The translations under genes and the position numbers were made by a program. The notes below the pieces were generated by a model. That model saw only the letters and a list, made by a program, of their open reading frames with translations, did no database searches and was not told the DNA's origin. A stretch of DNA of 63,529 nucleotides, filler included, from Octopus bimaculoides (taxonomy: Eukaryota): the NCBI RefSeq assembly GCF_001194135.2. It is 6 parts of 6 records of this genome, joined end to end, with 100 filler letters (N's around TTAATTAATTAA, not from the genome) between each part and the next. Parts side by side here need not be neighbours in the genome. Positions count along the whole stretch, not along the records: positions 1 to 7,159 come from NC_069005.1; positions 7,260 to 30,390 come from NC_068982.1; 4 more parts are not named here. One strand, given 5' to 3'. Below are positions 1 to 12,734 of this stretch, one piece after another (position 1 is the stretch's first letter; each line of letters starts with the position of its first letter).

Positions 1-231
1 CATCACCACCACCACCACCACCACAAACCACTTCACTAATACCACTACCTCCACCATCACCACCACCACCACAAACCACTTCACTAACGCCACCACCACC
101 ACCATCGCCACCACCATCACCAACAACAGCAGCAACAACATTAGCAGGAGCAGCAGCAATAAAATCGTGAACAAGATCGACAATAATTTTTATAATAGTT
201 ATAACAACAAAACAACAACAATAACAATAAC

Positions 232-269
<38 letters not shown>

Positions 270-480
270 TCGTAGTGACGATGATGATTATTTCATGTTT
301 TCCCTTTTTTCTTCTTTTCTTTTTCCCCAACAGTAATGCTATCTTTCAGTGAATATCGAAATAATACCAACGGCAGTCACAACAACAGCAACAACAACAC
401 CTACAGCAGCAGCAGCAGCAATAGTAGAAGTAGCAGCAGCAGCAGCAGCAGCAGCTGTGGGAGCAGTGGTAGTAGTAGTA
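1..480. repeat. Compound trinucleotide microsatellites: (CAC)n, (CAA)n, (TAA)n, (CAG/TAG)n
   Basis: Directly visible tandem triplets upstream of the PKG start codon. Confidence 0.95.
296..333 (+). promoter_or_regulatory. Polypyrimidine tract and 3' splice acceptor (probable start of the ATG-containing exon at 334)
   Basis: About 30 nt of nearly pure C/T ending ...ttttccccaacAG|taatgc. Function inferred from the consensus only. Confidence 0.55.
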
Positions 481-783
481 GGGACAGGAACAGCAATAGC
501 AGCGTTGATTACGGAACAGTGCGAAGCCAGTTCACAAGTGTACAAGCGCTAGAGTCGTCGTCGTCGCTCGAGTGAATCGGTGGCTGAGATTCAGTGTGTT
601 TTTGGAAATATTGTGATAAAAAACAAACAAAAGGGGGAGAAAAAAAAAACTAACGAAAAAAAACAAACAAACAAAAGCTAAAACAAAAACAAACCCAGGG
701 GTTCAAGGTAAAAGAAATCAACAATTGCTGGATCCAATGTTTCGTTCGGTAGAAGACAGAAAGGGTGGAAATCTATTATCAGA

Positions 784-1193
784 ATGGGAAATGGAGCGAG
801 CCACAACGCCCATCTGGTGATAGAGGGCGAAACGTTCGATGCGAACCGTATCAAGAGCTTGATACCGGAACTCCGTAAGGAAATCCGGCAAAAGGAATCG
901 GTCATTTCCAGATACGAAACCGAATTGCACGACAAGATGCGAGAGTTGAAAGAAAAATCGGCCGATGTGCAGCGGCTCCGCGAGGAAGTACACAAACTCC
1001 GCTCCGTATTGCAATTAAAGGTGTGCAATGAAGAAGGTAGGCCCGACATTCTGGCCACAATACAAGAGAACTTACCGGCGAACAAACACTCAGCTGATCA
1101 ACGTTTAAAAAGACAAGGAGTCTCTGGAGAAAGTTATAATAATTCCTCAGGATTAAGCGCTATTGATTTAAAACATTACGATAAAGATTTCAG
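784..1193 (+). CDS. PRKG1: cGMP-dependent protein kinase (PKG), first coding exon: N-terminal leucine zipper and autoinhibitory segment
   Basis: ORF MGNGAS...ELRKEIRQKESVISRYETELHDKMRELKEKSADVQRLREEVHKLRSVLQ (heptad coiled coil), then RLKRQGVSGES (cf. PKG pseudosubstrates RTKRQAISAEP and KKQGVSAES) and HYDKDFR. In-frame TAA at 709-711 with no in-frame ATG before 784; strong start context agaATGg. Exon ends at a phase-2 donor. Symbol is family-level; the subtype is not resolved. Confidence 0.9.
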
Positions 1194-1199
1194 GTAAGT
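1194..1199 (+). promoter_or_regulatory. 5' splice donor GTAAGT
   Basis: Perfect consensus cag|GTAAGT at the point where PKG homology continues into the cGMP-binding A domain exon. Confidence 0.9.
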
Positions 1200-1593
1200 T
1201 ATTATTATTATTATTATTATTATTATTTACTACTACTATTATTATTATTATTATTTACTATTATTATTTACTACTATTATTATTATTTACTATTATTATT
1301 TACTACTATTATTATTATTATTTACTATTATTATTTACTACTATTATTATTATTATTATTTACTATTATTATTTACTACTATTATTATTATTATTTACTA
1401 TTATTATTTACTACTATTATTATTATTATTATTATTATTTACTACTATTATTATTACTTTATTATTATTATTTACTACTATTATTATTATTTACTACTAT
1501 TATTATTATTTTATTATTATTTACTACTATTATTATTATTTTATTATTATTATTTACTACTATTATTATTATTTTATTATTATTATTTACTAC

Positions 1594-1624
<31 letters not shown>

Positions 1625-1815
1625 TACTACTATTATTATTATTAATATTATTATTATTTACTACTATTATTATTTACTACTATTATTATTATTATTTACT
1701 ACTATTATTATTATTATTATTATTATTTACTACTATTATTATTATTATTATTATTTACTACTATTATTATTATTATTATTATTTACTACTATTATTATTA
1801 TAAATTATTATTATC
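1200..1815 (+). repeat. Compound (TTA)n array with periodic TTTACTAC interruptions
   Basis: About 615 bp of tta repeats with a higher-order tttactactatta unit, starting immediately after the donor. Confidence 0.95.
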
Positions 1816-1816
1816 T

Positions 1817-2050
1817 AAGGCGGCGAGCTGGCAGAATCGTTAGCGCGTTACGACGAAGTGCCTAGCGGTATTTTGTCAATCTCTACGTTGTGAGTTCAAA
1901 CTGCGCCGAGGTCGACTTTACCTTTCATCCTCTCGGGGGGATCGATAAAATAAGTACTACTTGAACATTGGGGGAGGGGGCTCGATGTAATCGACTCATC
2001 CACTCCCATTCCCCAAATTGCTGCCCTTATGGCAAAATTTAAAATTATCA
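1817..2050 (+). mobile_element. tRNA-derived SINE family B (core gaggtcgactttgcctttcatcc...ggggtcgataaa), CpG-intact copy
   Basis: Head aaggcggcgagctggcagaatcgttagc; the same core recurs in more than 12 copies in the window. More degenerate copies lie near 2670-2900 and 3035-3200. Confidence 0.85.
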
Positions 2051-2559
2051 TTAAGTTCATTATCTTTGCAGAAAAAAAAAATTCTTCCTAACTATCGTTT
2101 TGTGTTGCTGTTTTTTTTTTTTTTTTACATAATTTTCTCGAGTTAAAATTATTTGAGGAATTACTGATAATTTCGATAGATTTTTTTTTTTTATAATCAC
2201 ACTCTCACGTTTTTTCTTCCTCTTTGGCAGTCGTCGTCATCATCATCATCATCATCTTTTTATTAATTAGTCGTCGTCATTGTTATTATTATTGTTCATC
2301 TCTCTCTCTCTCTCTCCCCGTAAACACATCGCTGTTTCTTGTTTGTTTCTTTCCTATAGATTTAGCCTTTATTATATCCTCCATCTCTCTCCCTACCACT
2401 CTTTTCCTCCCCAAACCATTCTATATAACCCCTAACAAATGATAGCCTGTATTTGAAATGTCCCCCTTATATGACAACCTGTGGCAAGTAAAATAAATTA
2501 TTATTATTATTATTATCGTAAACTCTTGTGGTTTATAAAGAAATCATTATTATTATCAC

Positions 2560-2590
<31 letters not shown>

Positions 2591-3529
2591 AATAATAATA
2601 ATAATAATAATCATCATTATAATTATTAATTATTATTATTATTATCATCATCATCATCATCATCACTACGGTAAGGTGATGGGTGACTCGTAACAGATTC
2701 GGATAAAACAACCTTGTGGTATTTAGCTCTGAGTTCAAACTACACCGAGGTCAAGTTTGCCTTTCATCCATTCGGGTTGAGGTGGGACGGGGAGAGATGG
2801 AAAAAATAAATAAATAAAACGAATCAATCAAGAACGGAGATCGATTATATCGACTAAACCTCTCCCCGCAAAATTTCATGCCATGTGTTTCAATCATGGA
2901 AACAATTATTATTATTATTATTATTTTTTTTTGTTTTCATTCAATTTTGTTTCCATTTCTTTCCGAGTGTCTTCCCGACTCCCAGGGCAAATTATTTTAT
3001 TCTCATCATCATCATCATCATCATCAAGACTAGAAGTCGAGGGCTGAATCGTTACTGTGTCGGACAAAATACGTTGTGATATTTAATTCCGAATTCGAAA
3101 ATTTTTCGTTGAGGTTAATTTTGCCTGTTACCTATCCACGGCCAGTGAAACACAGGGGTCGCTTCAGTCGACAAATATCTCACACCTCTCCCTTCTCCCC
3201 CACCCCACCAAAAATCCCAACAACAACAACAACGAAAATACAAAAGGTGTCGCATTATATCTATATGTTAGGAATTATTATAATTATATTTTATACTTCG
3301 GTATGTTACCGAAGACTGTGTCTTTAGAATCTGCGGTGTCGAGCTACCGGTGATTATCCTCTTCAAAAGGGGAACCCTATAACTAGGGTAAAAGGTCTGT
3401 ACGGGGTCCTTAGGGGTTATATACGAGGAATAAGAACTGTCTCAGCTGATTTCCCCTCCCCCATATGGTAATTAACCGTGTTGAAACACACCGTTTTCTG
3501 TGCGAACACATAAACACAGAAACACACAT

Positions 3530-3939
3530 ATTTACATATATATATATGTGTGTACGTACACATATACATACTAACACACACCCGCACAAATACACACACA
3601 CACACACACACACATACACACAAATATATACACACTCATATACACACATATATATATATCTGCGCGCGTGTGTGTTTATACACACGTATGCATAAGTATG
3701 TGCATATATCATTATACACGCACACATATCTGCGTACGTGCGTGTGTGTGTGTGGATGTGTGTGTGTGTGTGTGTGTGTGGATGTGTGTGGATGTGTGTG
3801 TGTGTTTGTGTGTGTGTGTGTTTATGCATACATATCCATAAATATATACAGATATAATTAAACACACACACACACACATGCATGCGTTCGTGTGCTTATA
3901 ATTATGTGTACGTAGTTATGTGTATGCACACACACGCAG

Positions 3940-4008
<69 letters not shown>

Positions 4009-4220
4009 TGAGTGTGTATGATTATATGTATATGTATGTAGAAACATACACATGCAGATATGTGTGTGTGTCTGTAAGTACGATTATGTGTATGTAGTTA
4101 TGTATATGTATGTATAACACGCACAAATATCAGTGTGCATAATTGTATGTGTATGTACGTATTAATGTATATCTATGTATAAACACGCAAACACACACAC
4201 GTTTCTGCGTGAGCGCCTGT

Positions 4221-4261
<41 letters not shown>

Positions 4262-4499
4262 CAACAACGAATTATACAGGAATTATACGGAAACACTCAG
4301 AGACGAACTGAAGTGCACTCCTTTCAGTTGTCGACTGGAAAACACTATAAATCTGTCTGTCTGTCTATCTGTCTGTCTGTCTGTCTCTGTCTCTCCCGCT
4401 CTCACACACCTCTGTGTAATATAGGCACGTGTGTGTGCGTGTATATGTGTGTGTATCTATCTGTCTGTCTGTCTGTGTCTAGGTTTATATATATACCTG

Positions 4500-4552
<53 letters not shown>

Positions 4553-4960
4553 TTAAATATTCTTATCGATAAACATTATAAATAAAAGTACAATCGTTAC
4601 TACCCGCACATATTTCTACGTAAACACATACATATCCACATAGAGACATAAATACACACACATGCACATACACATTTAAACGTACATACATACATACATA
4701 CACATTCATACATACACATACATACCTGCATATACACATACATACGTACATACATGCATACGACCATCGAAGCCCTGTACTAACAGCTATGCCCAATCCT
4801 TTCTCCCCATAACATCTTCCCTCTGGAATCTTCTCCTTGCTCATGTGTATTCTGCAGGTGTGGACTCGTAACACTTTGAGTGGACGATTACGGGTATCCA
4901 GCTCACCCGTTTAGGAAGCCCTACAATAGTCATGGATACTGCTCCTTCCTTTAGACCCAG

Positions 4961-4992
<32 letters not shown>

Positions 4993-5371
4993 TGCGTGCA
5001 TGTATGTATGTATGTATGTATGTATGTATGTATTTATGCATGAATGTATGTATGCATAGTTGTATGTATTTATATTTGAATGTATATATATATTCAAATT
5101 TCTATATATGTGTATATATGCATTTGTGTGTGTGTGTGTGTGTGTGTGTGCGCACACACACACACACACACATATATATGCATATATGTATGCGTGAATG
5201 TGTGTATATATCATATGCATATATATATATATACATATATATATAATATATACATATATATAAATAATATATATATATATTTATATATACGTATATATAT
5301 ACATATATATAAATAATATATATATATATTTATATATACGTATATATATAATATATATATACATATATATA
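3530..5371. repeat. Field of (CA)n/(TG)n/(TA)n/(TACA)n microsatellites
   Basis: Directly visible; source of the HTHT/CVCV/YIYI pseudo-ORFs. Confidence 0.95.
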
Positions 5372-6154
5372 NNNNNNNNNNNNNNNNNNNNNNNNNNNNN
5401 NNNNNNNNNNNNNNNNNNNNNNNNNNNNNNNNNNNNNNNNNNNNNNNNNNNNNNNNNNNNNNNNNNNNNNNNNNNNNNNNNNNNNNNNNNNNNNNNNNNN
5501 NNNNNNNNNNNNNNNNNNNNNNNNNNNNNNNNNNNNNNNNNNNNNNNNNNNNNNNNNNNNNNNNNNNNNNNNNNNNNNNNNNNNNNNNNNNNNNNNNNNN
5601 NNNNNNNNNNNNNNNNNNNNNNNNNNNNNNNNNNNNNNNNNNNNNNNNNNNNNNNNNNNNNNNNNNNNNNNNNNNNNNNNNNNNNNNNNNNNNNNNNNNN
5701 NNNNNNNNNNNNNNNNNNNNNNNNNNNNNNNNNNNNNNNNNNNNNNNNNNNNNNNNNNNNNNNNNNNNNNNNNNNNNNNNNNNNNNNNNNNNNNNNNNNN
5801 NNNNNNNNNNNNNNNNNNNNNNNNNNNNNNNNNNNNNNNNNNNNNNNNNNNNNNNNNNNNNNNNNNNNNNNNNNNNNNNNNNNNNNNNNNNNNNNNNNNN
5901 NNNNNNNNNNNNNNNNNNNNNNNNNNNNNNNNNNNNNNNNNNNNNNNNNNNNNNNNNNNNNNNNNNNNNNNNNNNNNNNNNNNNNNNNNNNNNNNNNNNN
6001 NNNNNNNNNNNNNNNNNNNNNNNNNNNNNNNNNNNNNNNNNNNNNNNNNNNNNNNNNNNNNNNNNNNNNNNNNNNNNNNNNNNNNNNNNNNNNNNNNNNN
6101 NNNNNNNNNNNNNNNNNNNNNNNNNNNNNNNNNNNNNNNNNNNNNNNNNNNNNN

Positions 6155-6206
<52 letters not shown>

Positions 6207-6217
6207 GCATACATATA

Positions 6218-6249
<32 letters not shown>

Positions 6250-7203
6250 ATATTTCTGCGTGCAAAGTAGCTTGATGGACAAATTGAAATACTTGGTCTG
6301 GAGAAGGTTTCTTATGCACATTCGCTGAAACCTATTTACTTGCTGTTACTCAGTTTCATGTACTGCGGCATAGCATAGGCGAAGGTGGTGTTGGTAGTGG
6401 TGGTAGTGGTGCTGGTGGTGGTGGCGGTTGTAGTAGTGATAGAAATAATTGTGGTGTAGTTAGTAGTTGTGTAGTTGGTAGTGGTATTGTCTATAGCAAA
6501 GTAGTTGGTGGTAGTGGTACTCTAGTACTGGTACTGGCGGTAGTGGTATAGGAGTTTATAGTGGTTTAGGTAATAGGGATAGTATAGTCAGTCTTAACAA
6601 AACAAGTTACCTCCCCCTAATGTAACAGGCGAAAAATATTGAACTACAAGCAATCACCGACAAAATATGCTGATCAAGCGGACAGGCGTTCCCCCCATGG
6701 CTATCCCATCCACAGTGTATCTAGGACTACATTATCCAGTATGACTTTCCCATGGGATGACAGCGACACTTGGCTGCTAATTCTAGCAACTTGGGTAACC
6801 TCGTCGTGTGTCCATTGTTTTCTCGAAACGGAAAAGTGCAATGAACCTCGATCGAGTAAACCTGCTATCAAACACTTTCCAACCATGACTACATTAATAC
6901 AATGTTTCTTTACTTTATTCATTTCGAGATGGTGGAGTATAATTTGAGGAGAATTTAGTTGCTATTTTTAGCAGGTCGACTACGGAAGAGATTCATACCG
7001 TTGGTGCCATGTAGTGAAGTGGATGGATTCAGGTTACAGGGGAGAATGTGTCAAATTAGTAGTCTTGGATATAAAGGCACCAACAACACTCACATCCCCC
7101 CACTCTCTCTCTCTCTCACACACACACACACTCTCTCTTTCTCTCTCTCTCTCTCTCTCNNNNNNNNNNNNNNNNNNNNNNNNNNNNNNNNNNNNNNNNN
7201 NNN

Positions 7204-7215
7204 TTAATTAATTAA
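7204..7215. other. Assembly gap linker TTAATTAATTAA (also at 30435, 49634, 58216, 62124)
   Basis: Identical 12-mer embedded in N runs five times; it gives stop codons in all six frames. Confidence 0.9.
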
Positions 7216-7260
7216 NNNNNNNNNNNNNNNNNNNNNNNNNNNNNNNNNNNNNNNNNNNNT

Positions 7261-7795
7261 GAGACTGGTACTACAACGTTCATGATAAAATTATTTTACC
7301 TCTCTTCCTTCAGGGGAACCGCTCACGGCATCCAACGATATCAGAGATCTGGGTGTAATTGTTGACAACAATCTCAATTGGAGTGCCCACATCAACAATA
7401 AGGTCAATATAGCTCGCAGGATGAGCTCCTGGATCTTAAGAACCTCCCGGTCCATCATTCCACTTTTCTCCTCCTTTGTACGGCCACACCTCAAATACTG
7501 CTGCCCCTTGTGGTCTCCCCATACAAAACAAAACAACTCGAGGATTGAATCACCCCAGAGGGCACTCACCAAACAAATTGAAGGCATCACTGATCTTGAT
7601 TACTGGGACCACCTTAAAGCCTTGAAGCTCTACTCTCTCCAGTGCTGCCGTAAGTGGTACATCATTTGTACGATGTGGAAAATATACCGCCAGCATTGCC
7701 CAAACGACCTGAACATTAGTTTCAAGGTTCATCCAAGGCTGGGACCACGAGCCATATGTCCCCTGCCCAATTCAGGATCACAACATATAGGTACA
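7261..7795 (+). mobile_element. CR1-type LINE fragment (C-terminal RT/thumb region)
   Basis: Translates to RDLGVIVDNNLNWSAHIN...LFSSFVRPHLKYCCPLWSP...IESPQRALTKQIEG, the characteristic CR1-clade post-RT motifs. Confidence 0.85.
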
Positions 7796-8385
7796 TTGCA
7801 GGCTGTTCTGTTGACTGAATCAACTGGAACCCTTGTCATTGTAACTGATAGAATGCCATATATATATAAATATCAATTTATAAATATCGTACCGAGTTAT
7901 GCTACACAGACTCAATGTGTTCTCCTGTAATATTCTTCTGTTACCACCTTTCCTGATGTTTTTCTCAAGAATGGTAATAGTTATTAAATTGATCTAACTA
8001 AATTATAATTATAATTAATTTAATGTTTTCCATGTTTTTTTACATGCTGGTGTTATTATTTTAAATGATTGTATGCATATGGATTAAAAATTTGATAAAT
8101 TTTTTAAAATCTTCTCTTCTCAATTTTTAATTTTTAATTGTTAGTTGAGTTTACATTGAATTATATCCTATAAATGCTCATAACACATTTTATACTTGTT
8201 AAATTTTCATATTTTTAAAAATAGATACTTGCACTAGTAAGCTACAATTTTAATATAAAGAATCTTTATTAGAAATCTAACTTTTAGGACCCCCCCCCCA
8301 CAAAGTAAAAATGAACTTAACTTTTCTCACATATATTTATATATATATTTATATTTATAGAGAGGTTATTTGCCTCTGGCCATTT

Positions 8386-8445
8386 GAGTCTGATAAGTCA
8401 CTTATGTAGCTAAGTGCTTTAGAGGTACAAAACCAACGGTCACTC
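8386..8445 (+). ncRNA. Degenerate type I hammerhead ribozyme motif
   Basis: gagt-CTGATAA-[stem II with cactta/taagtg]-c-AAAA-cc-aac-gg-TC|actc. Stem I gagt/actc, stem III acc/ggt, GUC site. Two core changes (G8>A, G12>A). Confidence 0.6.
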
Positions 8446-9056
8446 TCTGACCTCATAAATGTGTGTGTGCATGTATGTGTGTGTGTGTGTGTGTATTATT
8501 CCCAGTATGATACTTACATTTGGTGTTGAGGCTCCAGTTTGGGAGTTCCAGAATTGTAGGGAGCATGTAGTCACTCCTTAATTACCATTCTCCCAGGTCT
8601 GTTCTGACCCAGAATGGTAGTACCTGTCAGAGCCTCATCTATGAGTTAAAAGAGATTTTCCAGGAGTAGAGGAGGCCTTTGTTATTTCTCACAAAGCCAT
8701 AGGGAAGGCAGCTGTTCTAAGAAAAAGGTACTCTTACATAAAACTTGCAGTCAAAGTATAGTACCAGTAATCTTGCAATGCTTGTCATTAGAACCTACTA
8801 TAGCAACCCAAGAGAGTGACAAAAGTGTTTGTTTCAGGCAAAAATAAGTGATGCTATTTTGTGATAGGCTGGTGTTCCATCCAGTGGGGAATATATACAC
8901 CCTAGAATCTGGGAAACTGACCTTATGAACCTATAGCTCGAGAAGTACTTTTGAGCCCTTTTGATGAGTGTGTGCGTATATGTGTTTCTATCTATCTATC
9001 TATCTATCTGTCTGTCTGTCTGTCTGTCTGCCTGTATGTCTGCCTGTCTGTCTGTC

Positions 9057-9087
<31 letters not shown>

Positions 9088-9164
9088 GTGTGCATGTGGG
9101 CACATATATATATTTATATATATATGTTTATAGGTATATAATACAAATAATATGTGAGTATATG

Positions 9165-9335
9165 CATATATACGTACATGTATGTACATACCTACATCTT
9201 ACATGTATAAATAGCTGCATATCTGGTACAGGACGTCACAAAAAAACTTGGACAAAATGAAAAACAGAACATAAACAGAGCACAGAAAACAAACAGGCCT
9301 CATAGAGAATATTTCCTTCATCAGCTAAGAATTTG
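9165..9335 (-). repeat. Unclassified interspersed repeat (second copy at 32100-32345, opposite strand)
   Basis: Shared motifs ctgatgaagg, tttgtgacgtcctgt and atatgca...tgtaag in both copies. Confidence 0.55.
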
Positions 9336-9396
<61 letters not shown>

Positions 9397-9894
9397 GTGT
9401 ATATATATATAAATAAACACACACACACACACATGTATAAGTATCTATGTATATATCAATATATCATCTATTAATGAATTTTATATATGATAGTCGTTAA
9501 ATATTTTACATGATTGAATTGGTGTTTTGTTGTGAACTCAAGCAATAGACTTATTGCATTTGTTTTGCCTGTAATCCCATTTCATTATACTTTTATCCTA
9601 GCAATAAAATCATTTAATCTTCAGTTATTCTTCTTTTAATACTAGTTGGCTTTGTTGGAAACACGTTTTGTCTCTCTCGTTATATGCAGAAGACGTTTAT
9701 GTACAAGATGCGTCAACAGCCCCACTCAGCCAAAGATCTGGTTTCCAGGATGTTGACTGTATTGCTGTTGGGGATAATAAAGATTTCTAACATAAGCATA
9801 AAGTCACAAATTTATAGGTACAGTCATCATTGTTGTCGTCATCGTCATCATCATCATGATCATGATCATGTCCATCATCGTCATCATCATCTTC

Positions 9895-10190
9895 ATTATC
9901 AGCTTCTAATATCTGTATTCCATTCTGGCATGGGTTGGATGGTTTGACAGGAGCTGGTCAGCTGGAGAGCTGTTCAGGCTCCAATTGTCTGTTTTTGCAT
10001 GGTTTCTACAGCCGGATGCCCTTCCTAATGTTAGTCACTTTACAGAGTGTGCTGGGTGGTTTTTATGTCCTACCAGCATGGGTACTTTTATGTGGTACCA
10101 GCATGGGTGCATTTAACATGGCACCGGCATGTATGCATTTTACATAGCATTGCTACAATTGCATTTTATGTGACACTGGCATGAGTATAA
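9895..10190 (-). mobile_element. SINE family D with (GAT)n tail (another copy at 10590-10790)
   Basis: Reverse complement of ggttggcgttaggaagggcatccagctgtagaaa...ccatgctagcatggaaagcggacgttaaacgatgatgat. Confidence 0.75.
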
Positions 10191-11175
10191 TTGATTTAAG
10201 ATACAATGAGTGTCTTACTTGAAAATATTATTATAAGTCTTAAATATTGCTCTAGGAGTTAAAACTATATTGTTGGCCAGGTACATATATTATACTATAG
10301 TTAAGAGTATAATAGCAAAGTATTTTACTCTTTATCTGAAATCTAGTGATATTACTAGTAGTTGTGGTAATGGAAACTTTATAGACTAATAGATGCAGGC
10401 ATGGCTGTGAAGAGAAAATATTTACTTTGAAACCAGGGCCAAGTGGTTTTGGGTTCAATTCCGCAGCGTGAGACTTTGGGTAAGTGTCTTCTACAATATA
10501 TGTGTGTGCGAGAAGACATAATAGTGGTGCATTAGTTTTTGGATAGCATGGGACAGGCTTACTCCTAGTCTTCATTATCATCAGTATCATCGTTTAACAT
10601 CCGCTTTCCATGCTGGCATGGGTTGGATGGTTTGACATGGAGCTGGTTAGCAGGGAGCTGTCCAAATTCCGATTGCCTGTTTTGGCTTAGTTTTTGGATG
10701 CCCTTCTTAACACCAACACTTAGTTTCTAGATGTCCTTCCTTACACCAACACTTTAACAGAGTGTGCTGGTTGCTTTTTACAAGTCACTGTAAAACTATT
10801 GCACAGTCTGATTGTATGCAGTATTAAATTGTTACTTTATTTTACTAAAATTTTGCAATCCTTACTGTGTAAAATGACATTAAGTGATAAAGAAGTTAAA
10901 AGAAGGCATATGAAATTAGGACTAATTGATAAAGTAGAACAAGGCTTTATGTTTGTGATATTTACAGGGTTAAAAGACAGACCATTTCTGAGAAATGTAA
11001 ATCAAAGCTAAATAGCAACAGTTTTCATTAAAATGCAGTGTCAACAGCATTAAAAATGACCCTAAACTCTGTAGTAGAAACCACATGAAAAGTTGTGCTA
11101 GATAAAAGCTTAAAAGAAGCTGTATATCAGTAGCATGTTCATCAGAGGTCTAACAACGTTTATGTACGAAATCTT

Positions 11176-11574
11176 GCTGTGTGGTAAGTAGCTTGCTTAC
11201 CAACCACATGGTTCCGGGTTCAGTCCTACTGCATGGCATCTTGGGCAAGTGTCTTCTACTATAGCCTCGGGCCGACCAAAGCCTTGCGAGTGGATTTGGT
11301 AGACGGAAACTGAAAGAAGCCCGTCGTATATATATGTATATATATATGTGTATATATATGTGTGTTTGTGTGTCTGTGTTTGTCCCCCTAGCATTGCTTG
11401 ACAACCAATGCTGGTGTGTTTATGTCCCCGTCACTTAGCGGTTCGGCAAAAGAGATTAATAGAATAAGCACCAGGCTTCCAAAGAAAAGGTCCCGGGGTC
11501 GATTTGCTCGACTAAAGGCGGTGCTCCAGCATGGCTACAGTCAAATGACTGAAGCAAGTAAAAGAGTAAAAGAG
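11176..11574 (+). mobile_element. tRNA-derived SINE family A (CORE-like ccttgggcaagtg segment, internal TA/TG microsatellite, (GAGTAAAA)n tail)
   Basis: Near-identical full-length copies elsewhere in the window; tRNA box A/B-like head. Confidence 0.9.
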
Positions 11575-12734
11575 TATATAAAGTTTAGAAATGGTTTTTT
11601 TTAAAGGTAAGGCAAGTAATAAGTGGCTGTGGCCCTTTTGACAGAAAAAGCCTAGGCATTGTAAAGACAAAAACCTTTAGGGAGTCTTTAAATGCAGATA
11701 TTTAAACAAGTTGAGAGATTTAGAAAATTTATGAATGAATTTTTTGGTGTTGAGGGTTTTATTTTATTATAGATTTACCATGCTGATGAAACTGGCCTTT
11801 TCTATCATACTCTTCTTGAAAATACCTTAGTCTGCAAACATGAACAAGGCACTCCTGGTCACAAATTAACCCTTTCACTGTGAAATTAAATTTCATGGTT
11901 ATTCTAGTAATAATGTTAAATATCTACTGAAAAATAGAATTAGTTCTTTCTGTAGGTCACATTGCCTCAATACACTTGACATATCTCAATAAAAAATAGT
12001 ATCAAATATGATAGATTTGTATATAAAACTGTTTTATGGGTAATGAAATTTTGAGTGGATATATCTGATTTCTGCAGTCAATGGATTAAATAAGGAGTGG
12101 CTTATGTCTGGAATCCAATGTGGAAGGGAAATTTAAAAAAGCCCTTATATGCTTAAAGATGTAATAAATCAGTTACAAGTAATATACACCAGCTCAAAGA
12201 ATGTATTCTCTATTTCATGGATTTTTCTCTGGGTGTTTTTTTTTTTTAATCATTTTGTCCTAGAAATGAGATACTTCCAGACAAATTTTTCAGAAGACTT
12301 CTTGTAATGTTAAAGCATTGTTAGTTTTTGACAATACCCTTGCTTACATGAACACTGAGAAGTTAGTAGAGATGGCAGAATTGATAAATTTTTTTTTTTG
12401 CCTCTTAGCACATGTATTCAGCAAATGTATTAAAGATTAATTGTTGCCTGCAAGAGGCTGTGTGAGAATATTTTTATGGAAGAAATGATGGTAGCATTTG
12501 GAGGATGAAGAGGACGAAGAAAATACAAAAGATAGTGGGGAGATACAAGACACTCCAGAATCTAAGCGCCTACAATATCAAGTTTGCATTTTTTAACTTT
12601 GCAGATGCATGGAAAAAGTCAAAGATTATGACTTTGGCAAATGGATGGGAAGAAGTTTTTGAATATTGTTGAGTCTAATTTGGATTTGAAAGGATTTAAG
12701 GCAAATGATTCTCAGTACCTCCAACTCGTTGTCG

